Below, one piece after another: positions 56,547-64,000 of a stretch of 64,000 nt of DNA. How positions within the stretch are numbered: position 1 is the stretch's first letter; each line of letters opens with the position of its first letter. The notes below the pieces were generated by a model. It searched no databases. It saw only the letters and a program-made list of their open reading frames with translations, and was not told the DNA's origin. The translations under genes were made by a program, and so were the position numbers. Origin of the DNA: Minisyncoccota bacterium (GTDB lineage: Bacteria > Patescibacteriota > Minisyncoccia > UBA6257 > 02-FULL-45-10c); assembly GCA_028716745.1 (NCBI GenBank), contig JAQUPE010000003.1, forward strand, positions 3,779 to 67,778. Direction: 5' to 3'.

Positions 56547-57287
56547 ATGGATACCAATAATATTAATACCCCCAAAAAAGACTTTTTGTTACCCGCCAGC
56601 ATTTTAATTGCGGGAATTTTAGTGGCCGGTTCGGTTATTTATAGCACAGGATTAAAAACCTCTGGAACTGGAGGAACAGCCAATATCCAGCAGGTTGTTG
56701 CGGGAGATGCCGCAAAATTAGAAAAAGACGATCCGGTAATAGGAGACGCAAAAGCTCCAGTTACAGTGATAATTTATTCAGATCCTTCTTGCCCTTTTTG
56801 CGGCGCAGCTGCAGGCCAGAACAAGGAAGTTATGGATTATTTAAAACAGCGGATGCCGACATGGACTGCCGCTGTTCCTGGAATAATGGAAGAATATGTA
56901 AAAACGGGAAAAGTCAGGTTGGCGTTCAGATATTTTCCGGGACATGGAAAGGGGGTGGAGGCGATGAAGATGATGCTTTGCGCGAACGATCAGGGAAAAT
57001 TCTGGGAAGTGCATGATAAATTTTTTGCCAATCAGCCTTTGATGGAAAATGGACAGAACGACAAGTTGAAAGAATTAATGGCGGGAATGGGACTGGATAT
57101 GAATAAAATTAATTCTTGCCTTACCAGCAAAAAGTATGATTCAAAGCTGGATAAAGATACGGCTTCGGGGAAGGCGCTTAACATTCAGGGAACTCCGGCG
57201 CTTGTCATTAACGGACAGAAAATGGAAGAAGGAGCTCAGCCTTTTGCCGCGGTTAAAGAGATTATCGATGGTTTGTTAAAAAAATAA
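56547..57287 (+). CDS. DsbA-like thiol:disulfide oxidoreductase (membrane-anchored, extracytoplasmic)
   Basis: N-terminal TM anchor and a CPFC active site (DPSCPFCGAA) in a thioredoxin fold. Confidence 0.65.
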   Translation: MDTNNINTPKKDFLLPASILIAGILVAGSVIYSTGLKTSGTGGTANIQQVVAGDAAKLEKDDPVIGDAKAPVTVIIYSDPSCPFCGAAAGQNKEVMDYLKQRMPTWTAAVPGIMEEYVKTGKVRLAFRYFPGHGKGVEAMKMMLCANDQGKFWEVHDKFFANQPLMENGQNDKLKELMAGMGLDMNKINSCLTSKKYDSKLDKDTASGKALNIQGTPALVINGQKMEEGAQPFAAVKEIIDGLLKK

Positions 57288-57299
57288 TATTTAATTTTT

Positions 57300-57331
57300 C
57301 CGTTCCGACAAAATCGGAACGGTTTTAGTTT
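57300..57331 (+). terminator. Rho-independent terminator (9-bp stem CCGTTCCGA/TCGGAACGG + T-run)
   Basis: Perfect inverted repeat with a CAAAA loop followed by TTTTAGTTT, 13 nt after the DsbA-like stop. Confidence 0.6.
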
Positions 57332-57352
57332 GATATAATATTTTGTATAAAT

Positions 57353-57514
57353 ATGAAGTGGATTAATCAGGGACAATTGATTTTGGGATTGTGGATATTG
57401 GCTTCGCCGTGGATTTTGGGATTTTCTTTTGCCAATTCGGCTTTGTGGAATAACGTGATTATCGGAACATTGCTGATAATTTTGTCTTTAAGAGAAATTT
57501 TAGAAGAGAATTAA
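57353..57514 (+). CDS. Small membrane protein (53 aa) with SPW motif
   Basis: MKWINQGQLILGLWILASPWILGF... One or two TM helices. Below the ORF-track size cutoff. Sits between the terminator and the glutaredoxin gene. Confidence 0.3.
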   Translation: MKWINQGQLILGLWILASPWILGFSFANSALWNNVIIGTLLIILSLREILEEN

Positions 57515-57526
57515 AATAATAAAATA

Positions 57527-57766
57527 ATGTCAAATAAAAAAGTTAAAATTTATTCAACGCCAGCCTGTATTTATTGCAAAATGGCAAAGGATTTTCTTAA
57601 AAGAAATAATATTGAGTATGAGGAGCATAATGTGGCGGAGGACAGCGCAGCTAGAGAGGAAATGGAAAAGAAATCCCACCAGTTAGGAGTGCCGGTGATT
57701 GAGATTGATGGAGAGGTTTTTGTAGGCTTTAATAGAGGCGATATCCAGCAGGCGCTGGGGCTTTAA
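57527..57766 (+). CDS. Glutaredoxin/NrdH-like redoxin
   Basis: 79 aa with a CIYC active site near the N-terminus (VKIYSTPACIYCKMAKDFL) in a glutaredoxin fold. Confidence 0.7.
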   Translation: MSNKKVKIYSTPACIYCKMAKDFLKRNNIEYEEHNVAEDSAAREEMEKKSHQLGVPVIEIDGEVFVGFNRGDIQQALGL

Positions 57767-57773
57767 TAAATTT

Positions 57774-58706
57774 ATGGTGGACTTGGTGATCATAGGAGGC
57801 GGACCTGCGGGAGTGACGGCAGGCGTTTATGCCGCTAGAAAGAAAATGAAAGCGGTTTTAATTACCGATAATTTTGGCGGGCAATCAATAGTTTCCGAGG
57901 ATATTCAGAATTGGATAGGCATTAAATCAATCGCAGGCTTTGATTTAGCGCGAGATTTAGAAGATCAGCTTCGCGCGCAGAAAGGACTGGAGATTATTGA
58001 TGGAGACTTGGTTGTTAAAGTTGAAAAAGCCGGAGAGGGTTTTGCTGTTTCAACTCAAAGAGGAAAAACAATTGAGACAAAAACAATTTTAGTTTGTTCG
58101 GGAAGCGGAAGAAGAAAATTAGGAGTGAAGGGAGAGGGTCCGCTTAATGGCAAGGGGGTAGCTTATTGTTCAATTTGCGATGCCCCGCTTTTTAAAGACA
58201 AAATTGTTGCTGTAATCGGCGGAGGAAATGCCGGTTTGGAGTCGGTCAGGGATTTATTGCAATACTCCAAAAAGATTTATTTGATGGAATTTTTGGATGT
58301 TATTAAGGGCGATGCCGTAACATTTGAAAATATTAAAAAAGATCCGAAAGTGGAAGTAATAATGTCGGCAGCGGTTCAGGAAATTTTAGGGGATAATTTA
58401 GTGAGCGGTTTGAAATATCAGGATAGGAAGACAAACGAGATAAAGGAGCTGAAGCTTGACGGAGTTTTTGTGGAAATCGGTTCTACGCCCAGCGCGGATT
58501 TTTTGGGAGATTTAGTTCAGAAGAATCAATATAAAGAAATAACGGTTGATTGCCTGACCCAGAAAACTTCGCAGGAGGGTATTTGGGCGGCTGGAGATGT
58601 TTCTTCGGGATTATATAAACAGAATAATATTGCGGTAGGCGACGCCTGCAAGGCGGTGCTGAATATTTACGATTACTTGTCCAGCCAAGATATCGGCAAA
58701 AAGTAA
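57774..58706 (+). CDS. trxB: Thioredoxin reductase (FAD/NAD(P)-dependent pyridine nucleotide-disulfide oxidoreductase)
   Basis: IIGGGPAG FAD motif, CSICDAPLF redox-active CxxC, VIGGGNAG NADPH motif, 310 aa. Confidence 0.8.
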   Translation: MVDLVIIGGGPAGVTAGVYAARKKMKAVLITDNFGGQSIVSEDIQNWIGIKSIAGFDLARDLEDQLRAQKGLEIIDGDLVVKVEKAGEGFAVSTQRGKTIETKTILVCSGSGRRKLGVKGEGPLNGKGVAYCSICDAPLFKDKIVAVIGGGNAGLESVRDLLQYSKKIYLMEFLDVIKGDAVTFENIKKDPKVEVIMSAAVQEILGDNLVSGLKYQDRKTNEIKELKLDGVFVEIGSTPSADFLGDLVQKNQYKEITVDCLTQKTSQEGIWAAGDVSSGLYKQNNIAVGDACKAVLNIYDYLSSQDIGKK

Positions 58707-58729
58707 GTTTTTGTTTTGGAAATTTAGGG

Positions 58730-58752
58730 TGCGGTTCATAGCCGCATTTTTT
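58730..58752 (+). terminator. Weak rho-independent terminator candidate (TGCGG...CCGCA + TTTTTT)
   Basis: 5-bp stem, 7-nt loop and T-run, 24 nt after the trxB stop. Confidence 0.35.
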
Positions 58753-58768
58753 GTTTTATAATAAAGGA

Positions 58769-58987
58769 ATGAGAATTACTGTTAAGGCAAAGCCAAATGC
58801 CAAGGAGCGGAAGGTGGAGAAAATATCGGATACGGAATATAAAGTTTCGGTAAAAGAGCCGGCCAAACAAGGCAAGGCGAATTACGCTGTTCTTGAAGCT
58901 ATAGCGGAACATTTTAATGTTGGAATATCTCACGTGCGGATTGTTTCAGGACTGACCGCAAAAAATAAAATTGTAGAAATTATATAA
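58769..58987 (+). CDS. DUF167/YggU-family small protein
   Basis: MRITVKAKPNAKERKVE...YKVSVKEPAKQGKAN matches the conserved YggU pattern. RBS AAAGGA upstream. Confidence 0.5.
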   Translation: MRITVKAKPNAKERKVEKISDTEYKVSVKEPAKQGKANYAVLEAIAEHFNVGISHVRIVSGLTAKNKIVEII

Positions 58988-58994
58988 TTTATTT

Positions 58995-59528
58995 ATGAAT
59001 ATTTATTATACCGGCAAGGGAGATAAAGGAAAAAGTTTTGTATGCCATCAGACAATGGCGAAAACTTCCGCGGGAATGGAGGCGATGGGGGAGCTCGACG
59101 AATTGAATAGTTTAATCGGCTTGATAAGAAGCCAAAAAGCTCCGGCTGATATAAAAAATATATTAAAAGCAATCCAGGAAAATTTATTTTTGATCCAGGC
59201 GAATGTGGCGCGTATGGTTTTTAAAGAGAAATTTGCGGTTCCTGTTTTAAATAAGGACATAGTTAAAAAAATGGAAAAAGTCATTGATTTGTATGCCGGA
59301 AAATTGGGAACGCAGAAAGGGTTTATTGTTTCTGGCGAAAATGAATTATCGGCTTGGCTGGATTACGCGCGCGCTGTTGCCAGAAGAACCGAAAGGAGTA
59401 TTCTGGGGCTAAAGAAGGCAGACGCGGTTATTTTGGCCTATTTGAACAGATTATCCAGCCTGTTGTTCGTTTTAGCCAGGGCTGTTTCAAAGAGGTATAA
59501 TAAGAAAGAGGCTAACCCCTCATATTAA
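58995..59528 (+). CDS. PduO-type ATP:cob(I)alamin adenosyltransferase
   Basis: N-terminal IYYTGKGDKGKS (compare IYTRTGDKGTTS) and the EAMGELDELNSLIGL helix. About 177 aa, as is typical of this family. Confidence 0.7.
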   Translation: MNIYYTGKGDKGKSFVCHQTMAKTSAGMEAMGELDELNSLIGLIRSQKAPADIKNILKAIQENLFLIQANVARMVFKEKFAVPVLNKDIVKKMEKVIDLYAGKLGTQKGFIVSGENELSAWLDYARAVARRTERSILGLKKADAVILAYLNRLSSLLFVLARAVSKRYNKKEANPSY

Positions 59529-59563
59529 TTAAAGAGTCGAAAATAAAAATTAAATATAAAATT

Positions 59564-60352
59564 ATGAATTATAAAAGACTATTAGTTTTAACGATTGGCG
59601 CGGTGTTTTCCGCAAACGTTGTTTTGCCGACATTGGCATTTGCCGATCCCTCGGCCACAACGACTTCGGGAGATTCTGTTAAGGCCAGTTTTTGTGCAAA
59701 ATTAACGGCGTCAGAAGAGAAGACAAATCAGAAATTAGCGGAACGAGCTGCGGTTCAGGAAAAGAAACAACAGGATCGTTTGGCTAAATTTAAAGAAGTT
59801 CGCGAGGGAGTTGATAATATGAGAAATATCCGCCGTGCGTGGTGGGATGAAAATAGGACCAGTGCTTTTACTAAAATAGAAAAGAGAGCGAAGACTGATT
59901 CTGAAAAGGCAGCAGCGGCAGCTTTTAAGATAGCAGCGGAAGCGGCTGTTGCGGCGCGCAAAACTTCCGTTGATGCGGCAGTTAGCGCTTATCGTACGGG
60001 AGTTGATCAGCTCGTTGCTGAAAGAAAAACAGCGATAGTGGCTGCGATATCAAATTTTGCGACTTCGGTAAAAACTGTTATTGATAAGGCAAAGGCAGAT
60101 TGCGCTTCGGGGGCTGATTCAAAAACTGTTAAGAAAGAAATGAAAGCATCATTGAAAGATGTTAGAAATAAATTAGAAAGCGATAGAAAGGCGATTGAAA
60201 AAGTTGGAATTTCTGCAAAGGATTTATCCGTAATTAAAAAAGCCGCTTTTACAAAAGCCGCTGAAGATTTTAAAGCAGCAATTGAAAAAGCCAGAGCAAC
60301 GCTGATGTCTGCATTTGGCAATAAAGAAAAAGCCACAACCACTTCTCAGTAA
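59564..60352 (+). CDS. Secreted Ala/Lys/Glu-rich alpha-helical protein (hypothetical)
   Basis: Signal peptide MNYKRLLVLTIGAVFSANVVLPTLAFA. The remainder is low complexity and predicted all-helical. Confidence 0.4.
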   Translation: MNYKRLLVLTIGAVFSANVVLPTLAFADPSATTTSGDSVKASFCAKLTASEEKTNQKLAERAAVQEKKQQDRLAKFKEVREGVDNMRNIRRAWWDENRTSAFTKIEKRAKTDSEKAAAAAFKIAAEAAVAARKTSVDAAVSAYRTGVDQLVAERKTAIVAAISNFATSVKTVIDKAKADCASGADSKTVKKEMKASLKDVRNKLESDRKAIEKVGISAKDLSVIKKAAFTKAAEDFKAAIEKARATLMSAFGNKEKATTTSQ

Positions 60353-60369
60353 AAAGCATTAGAAATAAA

Positions 60370-60396
60370 AACAACCCATATGGGTTGTTTTTATTT
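60370..60396. terminator. Bidirectional rho-independent terminator (AACAACCCA-TA-TGGGTTGTT flanked by A- and T-runs)
   Basis: Perfect 9-bp palindromic stem lies between the convergent + CDS and the tRNA-Gly on the opposite strand. Confidence 0.5.
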
Positions 60397-60471
60397 TGGA
60401 GCGGGTAACGGGAGTCGAACCCGTGTCTTCAGGTTGGAAACCTAACATAATAGCCGTTATACGATACCCGC
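60397..60471 (-). tRNA. tRNA-Gly (anticodon UCC), CCA encoded
   Basis: The reverse complement folds as GCGGGTA acceptor, anticodon stem TTAGG/CCTGA, loop TTTCCAA and T-arm ACGGG-TTCGACT-CCCGT, ending ...ACCCGCTCCA. Confidence 0.75.
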
Positions 60472-60614
60472 CTTCGCTGAGGCTTCGGCGGGCAAGCCCG
60501 CCATCATCGTTAAAGCCTTTGCGGGGCAAGCCCGCCATAATCATTAGAGCTCTTGCGGGACTGGTCCGCTTCAATATTTGATTTAAAAAGCTCTCATATC
60601 TATAATAAATTTAA

Positions 60615-61238
60615 ATGAAAATTGGTCAAGTGCGGGTAAATAAATTTGGGGTTGCTGCTATGGCATTTGCCGCTCTGGCGATTTTGGGAACCAGCGCCTA
60701 TTTTATAGTCAATAGTTTTTCAGAAGACTCTTTTGTTTCCGAAGCTTTTATTGATGCCAGAAAAGAAGCTTCCTTTATGGCATTTCAAATTAATTATTTA
60801 ACAGAGAAATCTCTTGAGGTGTTAAGCCGTATTTCTGAGGCTGACAGGAAATATAATTTTTCCAGAGCGCTGGAGCTGGTTCATGAAGAGCAAGACGATA
60901 TTAAAGAAATTAGAGAAAAATCAATTTCATTAACAAAAGAATTGGATAATATGACAAGAGAGGTTTCAATCATCAGGCCGGAGAAGGCCCGTAACTTAGC
61001 CATCTCTGCAATAAGCGAAGAAATTTCTCTTATCAATCATTTAGTTAATTACAATGCTTTTTTTGGCGGGCTGCTGGAAACTTTAAAGTTTAAATTTTCC
61101 GGAGATATCAGATATGATTCTTCGGATGTACAGGATTTGGTTAATAATATGAATAAAGAGGTAGCGGAAGTAAACAGATTAAATAAAACTTTTGGAGAGA
61201 AGCTTGCGGAATTTGATAAGCTGACGGAAAAGCCGTAA
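60615..61238 (+). CDS. Hypothetical membrane-anchored coiled-coil protein
   Basis: N-terminal TM helix (VAAMAFAALAILGTSAYFIV). The rest is helical and rich in E/K/L. Confidence 0.35.
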   Translation: MKIGQVRVNKFGVAAMAFAALAILGTSAYFIVNSFSEDSFVSEAFIDARKEASFMAFQINYLTEKSLEVLSRISEADRKYNFSRALELVHEEQDDIKEIREKSISLTKELDNMTREVSIIRPEKARNLAISAISEEISLINHLVNYNAFFGGLLETLKFKFSGDIRYDSSDVQDLVNNMNKEVAEVNRLNKTFGEKLAEFDKLTEKP

Positions 61239-61507
61239 AAATATTTTTATCAGTTAAATTTTTAGGAAATAAAAAAAGCCCTTTTTTGATGGCAGATTTA
61301 AACCTGAAAGCAATTTATATTGCGAATATTGTTCTTTGGACCAAGAAGTCACATTTTTGGTTTACAAGAAGAACTGTTGAGGTTTGAAATAAAAATTTTG
61401 CCGTGAAAACAGGGCTTTGGATAACTGGATATGTGAAGGTACTATAAGATAATAATAAAACAACCAATTTTAGGGTCAAAAAGAAAATTGGGGATAACTA
61501 TATTTTG

Positions 61508-61579
61508 TCGGGGTGCTGGGAATTGAACCCAGTCTACCTGCTCCCAAAGCAGGCGTACTAGCCGGTATACGACACCCCG
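61508..61579 (-). tRNA. tRNA-Pro (anticodon UGG)
   Basis: The reverse complement is CGGGGTG-TC-GTAT..., anticodon stem CCTGC/GCAGG with loop TTTGGGA, T-arm CTGGG-TTCAATT-CCCAG, acceptor 3' CACCCCG, discriminator A. Confidence 0.75.
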
Positions 61580-61674
61580 AATTGAAATTATCGCAATAAA
61601 ATAATATTATAGAACTGTTACTCGATTAACAAGCCCCTATAATCGCCTGGATAGAAAGTTTAATAAATAATCTT

Positions 61675-61746
61675 GTCCCCATAGTTCAATGGATAGAACG
61701 CTAGCCTTCTAAGCTGGACATTGAGGTTCGATTCCTCATGGGGACA
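61675..61746 (+). tRNA. tRNA-Arg (anticodon UCU)
   Basis: GTCCCCA acceptor, D-arm GTTC/GAAC, anticodon stem CTAGC/GCTGG with loop CTTCTAA, T-arm TGAGG-TTCGATT-CCTCA. Confidence 0.8.
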
Positions 61747-61836
61747 CATATGCGGACTTTCTGATTATTGGCAGAAAGAGACGGCAGGAAACAGAAATTG
61801 CTAAAGTGGTGATTTTTGTTAGAATTAAAAATATTT

Positions 61837-61908
61837 GCCGCGGTAGCTCAGTGGTAGAGCGCAGCCCTGAAGAGGCTGGCGTCGAGTGTTCGATTCACTC
61901 CCGCGGCA
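61837..61908 (+). tRNA. tRNA-Phe (anticodon GAA)
   Basis: GCCGCGG-TA-GCTCAGTGGTAGAGC, anticodon stem CAGCC/GGCTG with loop CTGAAGA, T-arm GAGTG-TTCGATT-CACTC. Confidence 0.8.
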
Positions 61909-61929
61909 CAGCATAATTAAATAAATTAT

Positions 61930-62343
61930 ATGATTAGAAAAATAAATAAATTTTTTGATAAGCTTGAGGATAAAATTCGGGCCAGCTTGAGCCGTTACCC
62001 GATACTTTATGCAATTATCGGCGGCGTGGGCATTGTGCTTTTTTGGCGAGGGATTTGGCATACGGCCGATTTATATCCGTTTATGACAGGTCCGGTCTCC
62101 ATAGTTATAAGCATGATTATTCTTTTGGCGACAGGATTATTCGTATCTTTTTTTATAGGAGACAGAATTTATCTTTCCGGATTGAAACAGGAAAAGAAAT
62201 TATTTGAAAAAACAGAAAAAGAAATAGAAGAAATAGAGGCAATAGAAAAAGAACATAGCGGACTAGATAAATCGATGAATGAAATAAAGACCAAGCTTGA
62301 AAAAATAGAAGCCGAGATAAAAGAATTAAAAGAGAGGAAATAA
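61930..62343 (+). CDS. Hypothetical membrane protein with C-terminal KE-rich coiled coil
   Basis: Two TM helices followed by a charged heptad-like tail (EKEIEEIEAIEKE...KLEKIEAEIKELKERK). Confidence 0.35.
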   Translation: MIRKINKFFDKLEDKIRASLSRYPILYAIIGGVGIVLFWRGIWHTADLYPFMTGPVSIVISMIILLATGLFVSFFIGDRIYLSGLKQEKKLFEKTEKEIEEIEAIEKEHSGLDKSMNEIKTKLEKIEAEIKELKERK

Positions 62344-62368
62344 ATTTTGTTTTTTTAAATTGTTTTTC

Positions 62369-62439
62369 GGGCCTATAGTAAAGTGGTATTACGCGGCATT
62401 CGCATTGCTGAGGCGGGAGTTCGATTCTCCCTAGGTCCA
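62369..62439 (+). tRNA. tRNA-Ala (anticodon CGC) with G3:U70 identity pair
   Basis: GGGCCTA...TAGGTCC acceptor (G3-T70 wobble), anticodon stem CGGCA/TGCTG with loop TTCGCAT, T-arm GGGAG-TTCGATT-CTCCC. Confidence 0.8.
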
Positions 62440-62603
62440 CACGCACAAAAACTTTAATTTAAAAATTGCCGAGGCTTATTCGTTTTTGGCGGGCGGGAGT
62501 TCCCCTCCAAAGGCGGGCAGGGAATCTCTCTAGTTCCACCAAATTTTTTTGGAGGAGGAGGGGGGTTGCCAAGGGTCTGGGGGCAGGCTTATACTCCCAG
62601 CCT

Positions 62604-62861
62604 ATGATATACGTTGTTTATTATCTCGTGGGGGTATTAGCGGACTTTTTAGTCACCCTCAATTATAGGTACATATCCCTTAATAAGATTAATCCGGCCG
62701 TTATAACGTCTTTTTTGTTTACGGTTATTAATATGCTTGCGCTTTATAACATCCTTAATCGTTTGGACGATGAAAGGAGCTTTGTCGCGATAATTATTTA
62801 TTCTTTAGGAATTGCTACGGGAACGTTTTTGGCGATGAAGTTTAAGCTGGAGCAGAAATAA
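62604..62861 (+). CDS. Small hydrophobic membrane protein (85 aa), hypothetical
   Basis: The ORF-track start at 62466 runs through a GC-rich tRNA-like remnant. The ATG at 62604 gives MIYVVYYLVGVLADFLV... with 2-3 TM helices. A terminator hairpin (CGCCC...GGGCG + T-run) follows at about 62863-62895. Confidence 0.35.
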   Translation: MIYVVYYLVGVLADFLVTLNYRYISLNKINPAVITSFLFTVINMLALYNILNRLDDERSFVAIIIYSLGIATGTFLAMKFKLEQK

Positions 62862-62931
62862 AATCGCCCCTTTTTTATCAAGGGCGGTTTTTAATTTCTA
62901 TAAAATAAGGAAAGGTACTAAACTTATATTG

Positions 62932-64000
62932 ATGACTGCTGCCAAAAAAGTATTCCTTTTAATTCCAATTTGCCTTCTGATTTTTTACGGCCTTTTTCTT
63001 ACTCATAAGATAAATCTGGTAACGGCGGATCTGGGACGGCATTTAAAAAATGGAGAGATGATTATGGGCGGCGAATTCCCCGTTCTTAAAACGAATTTTT
63101 ATTCTTTTTCTCAGCCTGAATTTTCGACGACAAATCATCACTGGCTGAGCGGAGCGTTGTTTTTCATTACTTATAAAATTTCCGGCTTTGCGGGGCTTTC
63201 GGCATTTTTTACGTTCATTAGTTTTATTACATTTTTATTATTTTTCTTAATAGCCCGCAAAAAGGCGGGGATAGGGGTTGCGGGGCTGATTTCTTTATTG
63301 ATTATTCCCTTGCTGGCATCAAGAACGGAAATTAGGCCAGAGGCATTGAGCTATCTGCTGGCAGGGATTTTTCTTTATATATTATGGGGGGTTAGGGATA
63401 AAATAATTTCATCGCGCTGGCTTTTTACTTTACCGGCTTTGCAGATTTTTTGGGTTAATTTTCATATTTACTTTTTTATGGGGATTTTATTGATAGGAAT
63501 TTTCTGGCTGGAAAGCTTGATAAATAAGGAATTAAAAAAAGAATTATTCAAACGATTTTCACTGATATTAGTTTTGTCCGGCATTGCGTGCTTGATAAAC
63601 CCTTTTGGAATTTATGGAGCACTGGCTCCGCTGACGATTTTTCAGGATTACGGATATAAATTAGTTGAGAACCAGTCCGTGCCATTTATGATAAATTACA
63701 CGGGTCAATTTGGAGGATATCTTTTATTTATTATTGTTTCTGTATTGGCGGTTGCCAGTTTTATTTGGGCATTTATTAAAAAAAGAAGCAGTTTTTTGAT
63801 AGTTAATTTTTTATTGATGATTATTTTTGGAGGCATGGCCTGGTTTGCGATTCGCAATATCGCTTTGTTCGGACTTTTTGTTTTGCCGGTTTTGGCGGCG
63901 AATATAAGCTATATTTTCGGCAAGCAAATTCAAGACTATAATTTTCCTTTAAAAATATCGTCTTTGGCGGCGATAGCGGTAATTTTTATTGCGGCTGTTT
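62932..64000 (+). CDS. Polytopic membrane protein, 3'-partial at the window end (GT-C/YfhO-like or DUF2079-like)
   Basis: ATG at 62932. At least 10 TM helices in 356 aa. The frame is open to the window end. Not in the ORF track because no stop is reached. Confidence 0.4.
   Translation, partial: MTAAKKVFLLIPICLLIFYGLFLTHKINLVTADLGRHLKNGEMIMGGEFPVLKTNFYSFSQPEFSTTNHHWLSGALFFITYKISGFAGLSAFFTFISFITFLLFFLIARKKAGIGVAGLISLLIIPLLASRTEIRPEALSYLLAGIFLYILWGVRDKIISSRWLFTLPALQIFWVNFHIYFFMGILLIGIFWLESLINKELKKELFKRFSLILVLSGIACLINPFGIYGALAPLTIFQDYGYKLVENQSVPFMINYTGQFGGYLLFIIVSVLAVASFIWAFIKKRSSFLIVNFLLMIIFGGMAWFAIRNIALFGLFVLPVLAANISYIFGKQIQDYNFPLKISSLAAIAVIFIAAV

Noticed and set aside
60359-60581. ORFs 60359..60574 (-) and 60396..60581 (+)
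   Set aside because: They overlap tRNA-Gly and the GC hairpin repeats. The reading frames are a by-product of GC-rich structured RNA.
61239-61507. 270-nt intergenic region before tRNA-Pro as a possible small RNA
   Set aside because: AT-rich with only weak, imperfect hairpins. It is more likely a promoter/terminator region for the flanking genes, and nothing specific could be supported.
61825-62446. ORF-track ORFs 61825..62061 (-) and 62153..62446 (-)
   Set aside because: They run across tRNA-Phe and tRNA-Ala respectively and antisense to the 61930 CDS. tRNA structure explains the sequence conservation there.
62466-62603. N-terminal extension of ORF 62466..62861
   Set aside because: The extension reads through the GC-rich tRNA-Ala-like remnant and encodes an Arg/Gly-rich, low-complexity peptide. 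The hydrophobic protein plausibly starts at the ATG at 62604.
1-64000. CRISPR arrays, prophage or IS elements
   Set aside because: No regularly spaced direct repeats, integrase, transposase, capsid or terminase-like ORFs were seen. The only repeats are the paralog-internal identical tracts (45651/47023, 46335/47709) and short hairpins.

Overview
AT-rich window (roughly 35-40% GC by eye) that is almost entirely one very large cell-envelope glycan biosynthesis and glycosylation supercluster. Nearly all genes sit on the + strand, are tightly packed, and often have overlapping start/stop codons. Contents: (i) a 5'-partial, Ser/Thr-rich 781-aa surface protein followed by a TPR protein; (ii) many GT4 (GT-B) and GT2 glycosyltransferases, three GT-C/PMT-ArnT-like polytopic transferases, and Dpm1/GtrB-like polyprenol-phosphate sugar synthases; (iii) four paralogous B12-binding radical SAM enzymes interleaved with five class-I SAM methyltransferases; (iv) a nonulosonic-acid (pseudaminic/legionaminic-like) sub-cluster with NeuB/PseI-type synthase, two SpsF/PseF-type cytidylyltransferases, two DegT aminotransferases, SDR dehydratase/epimerase, GNAT acetyltransferases, an N-formyltransferase and two Gfo/Idh/MocA oxidoreductases; (v) an AsnB-type amidotransferase fused to a GT-B-like domain and followed by a tandem paralog of that domain, the two copies sharing two perfectly identical nucleotide tracts; (vi) Wzx-type flippases, an O-antigen ligase/polymerase-TPR fusion, a UDP-sugar epimerase and an initiating phosphoglycosyl transferase; (vii) a DsbA / NrdH-glutaredoxin / thioredoxin-reductase redox module, a PduO-type cobalamin adenosyltransferase, and a cluster of five tRNAs (Gly, Pro, Arg, Phe, Ala). 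Three short segments are conspicuously GC-richer than their surroundings, which suggests mosaic horizontal acquisition. No CRISPR array, rRNA or obvious phage/IS element is seen. Gene content and composition resemble a Patescibacteria/CPR-like organism; that is inference only. Functional calls rest on recognisable motifs in the translations, and no database search was possible.
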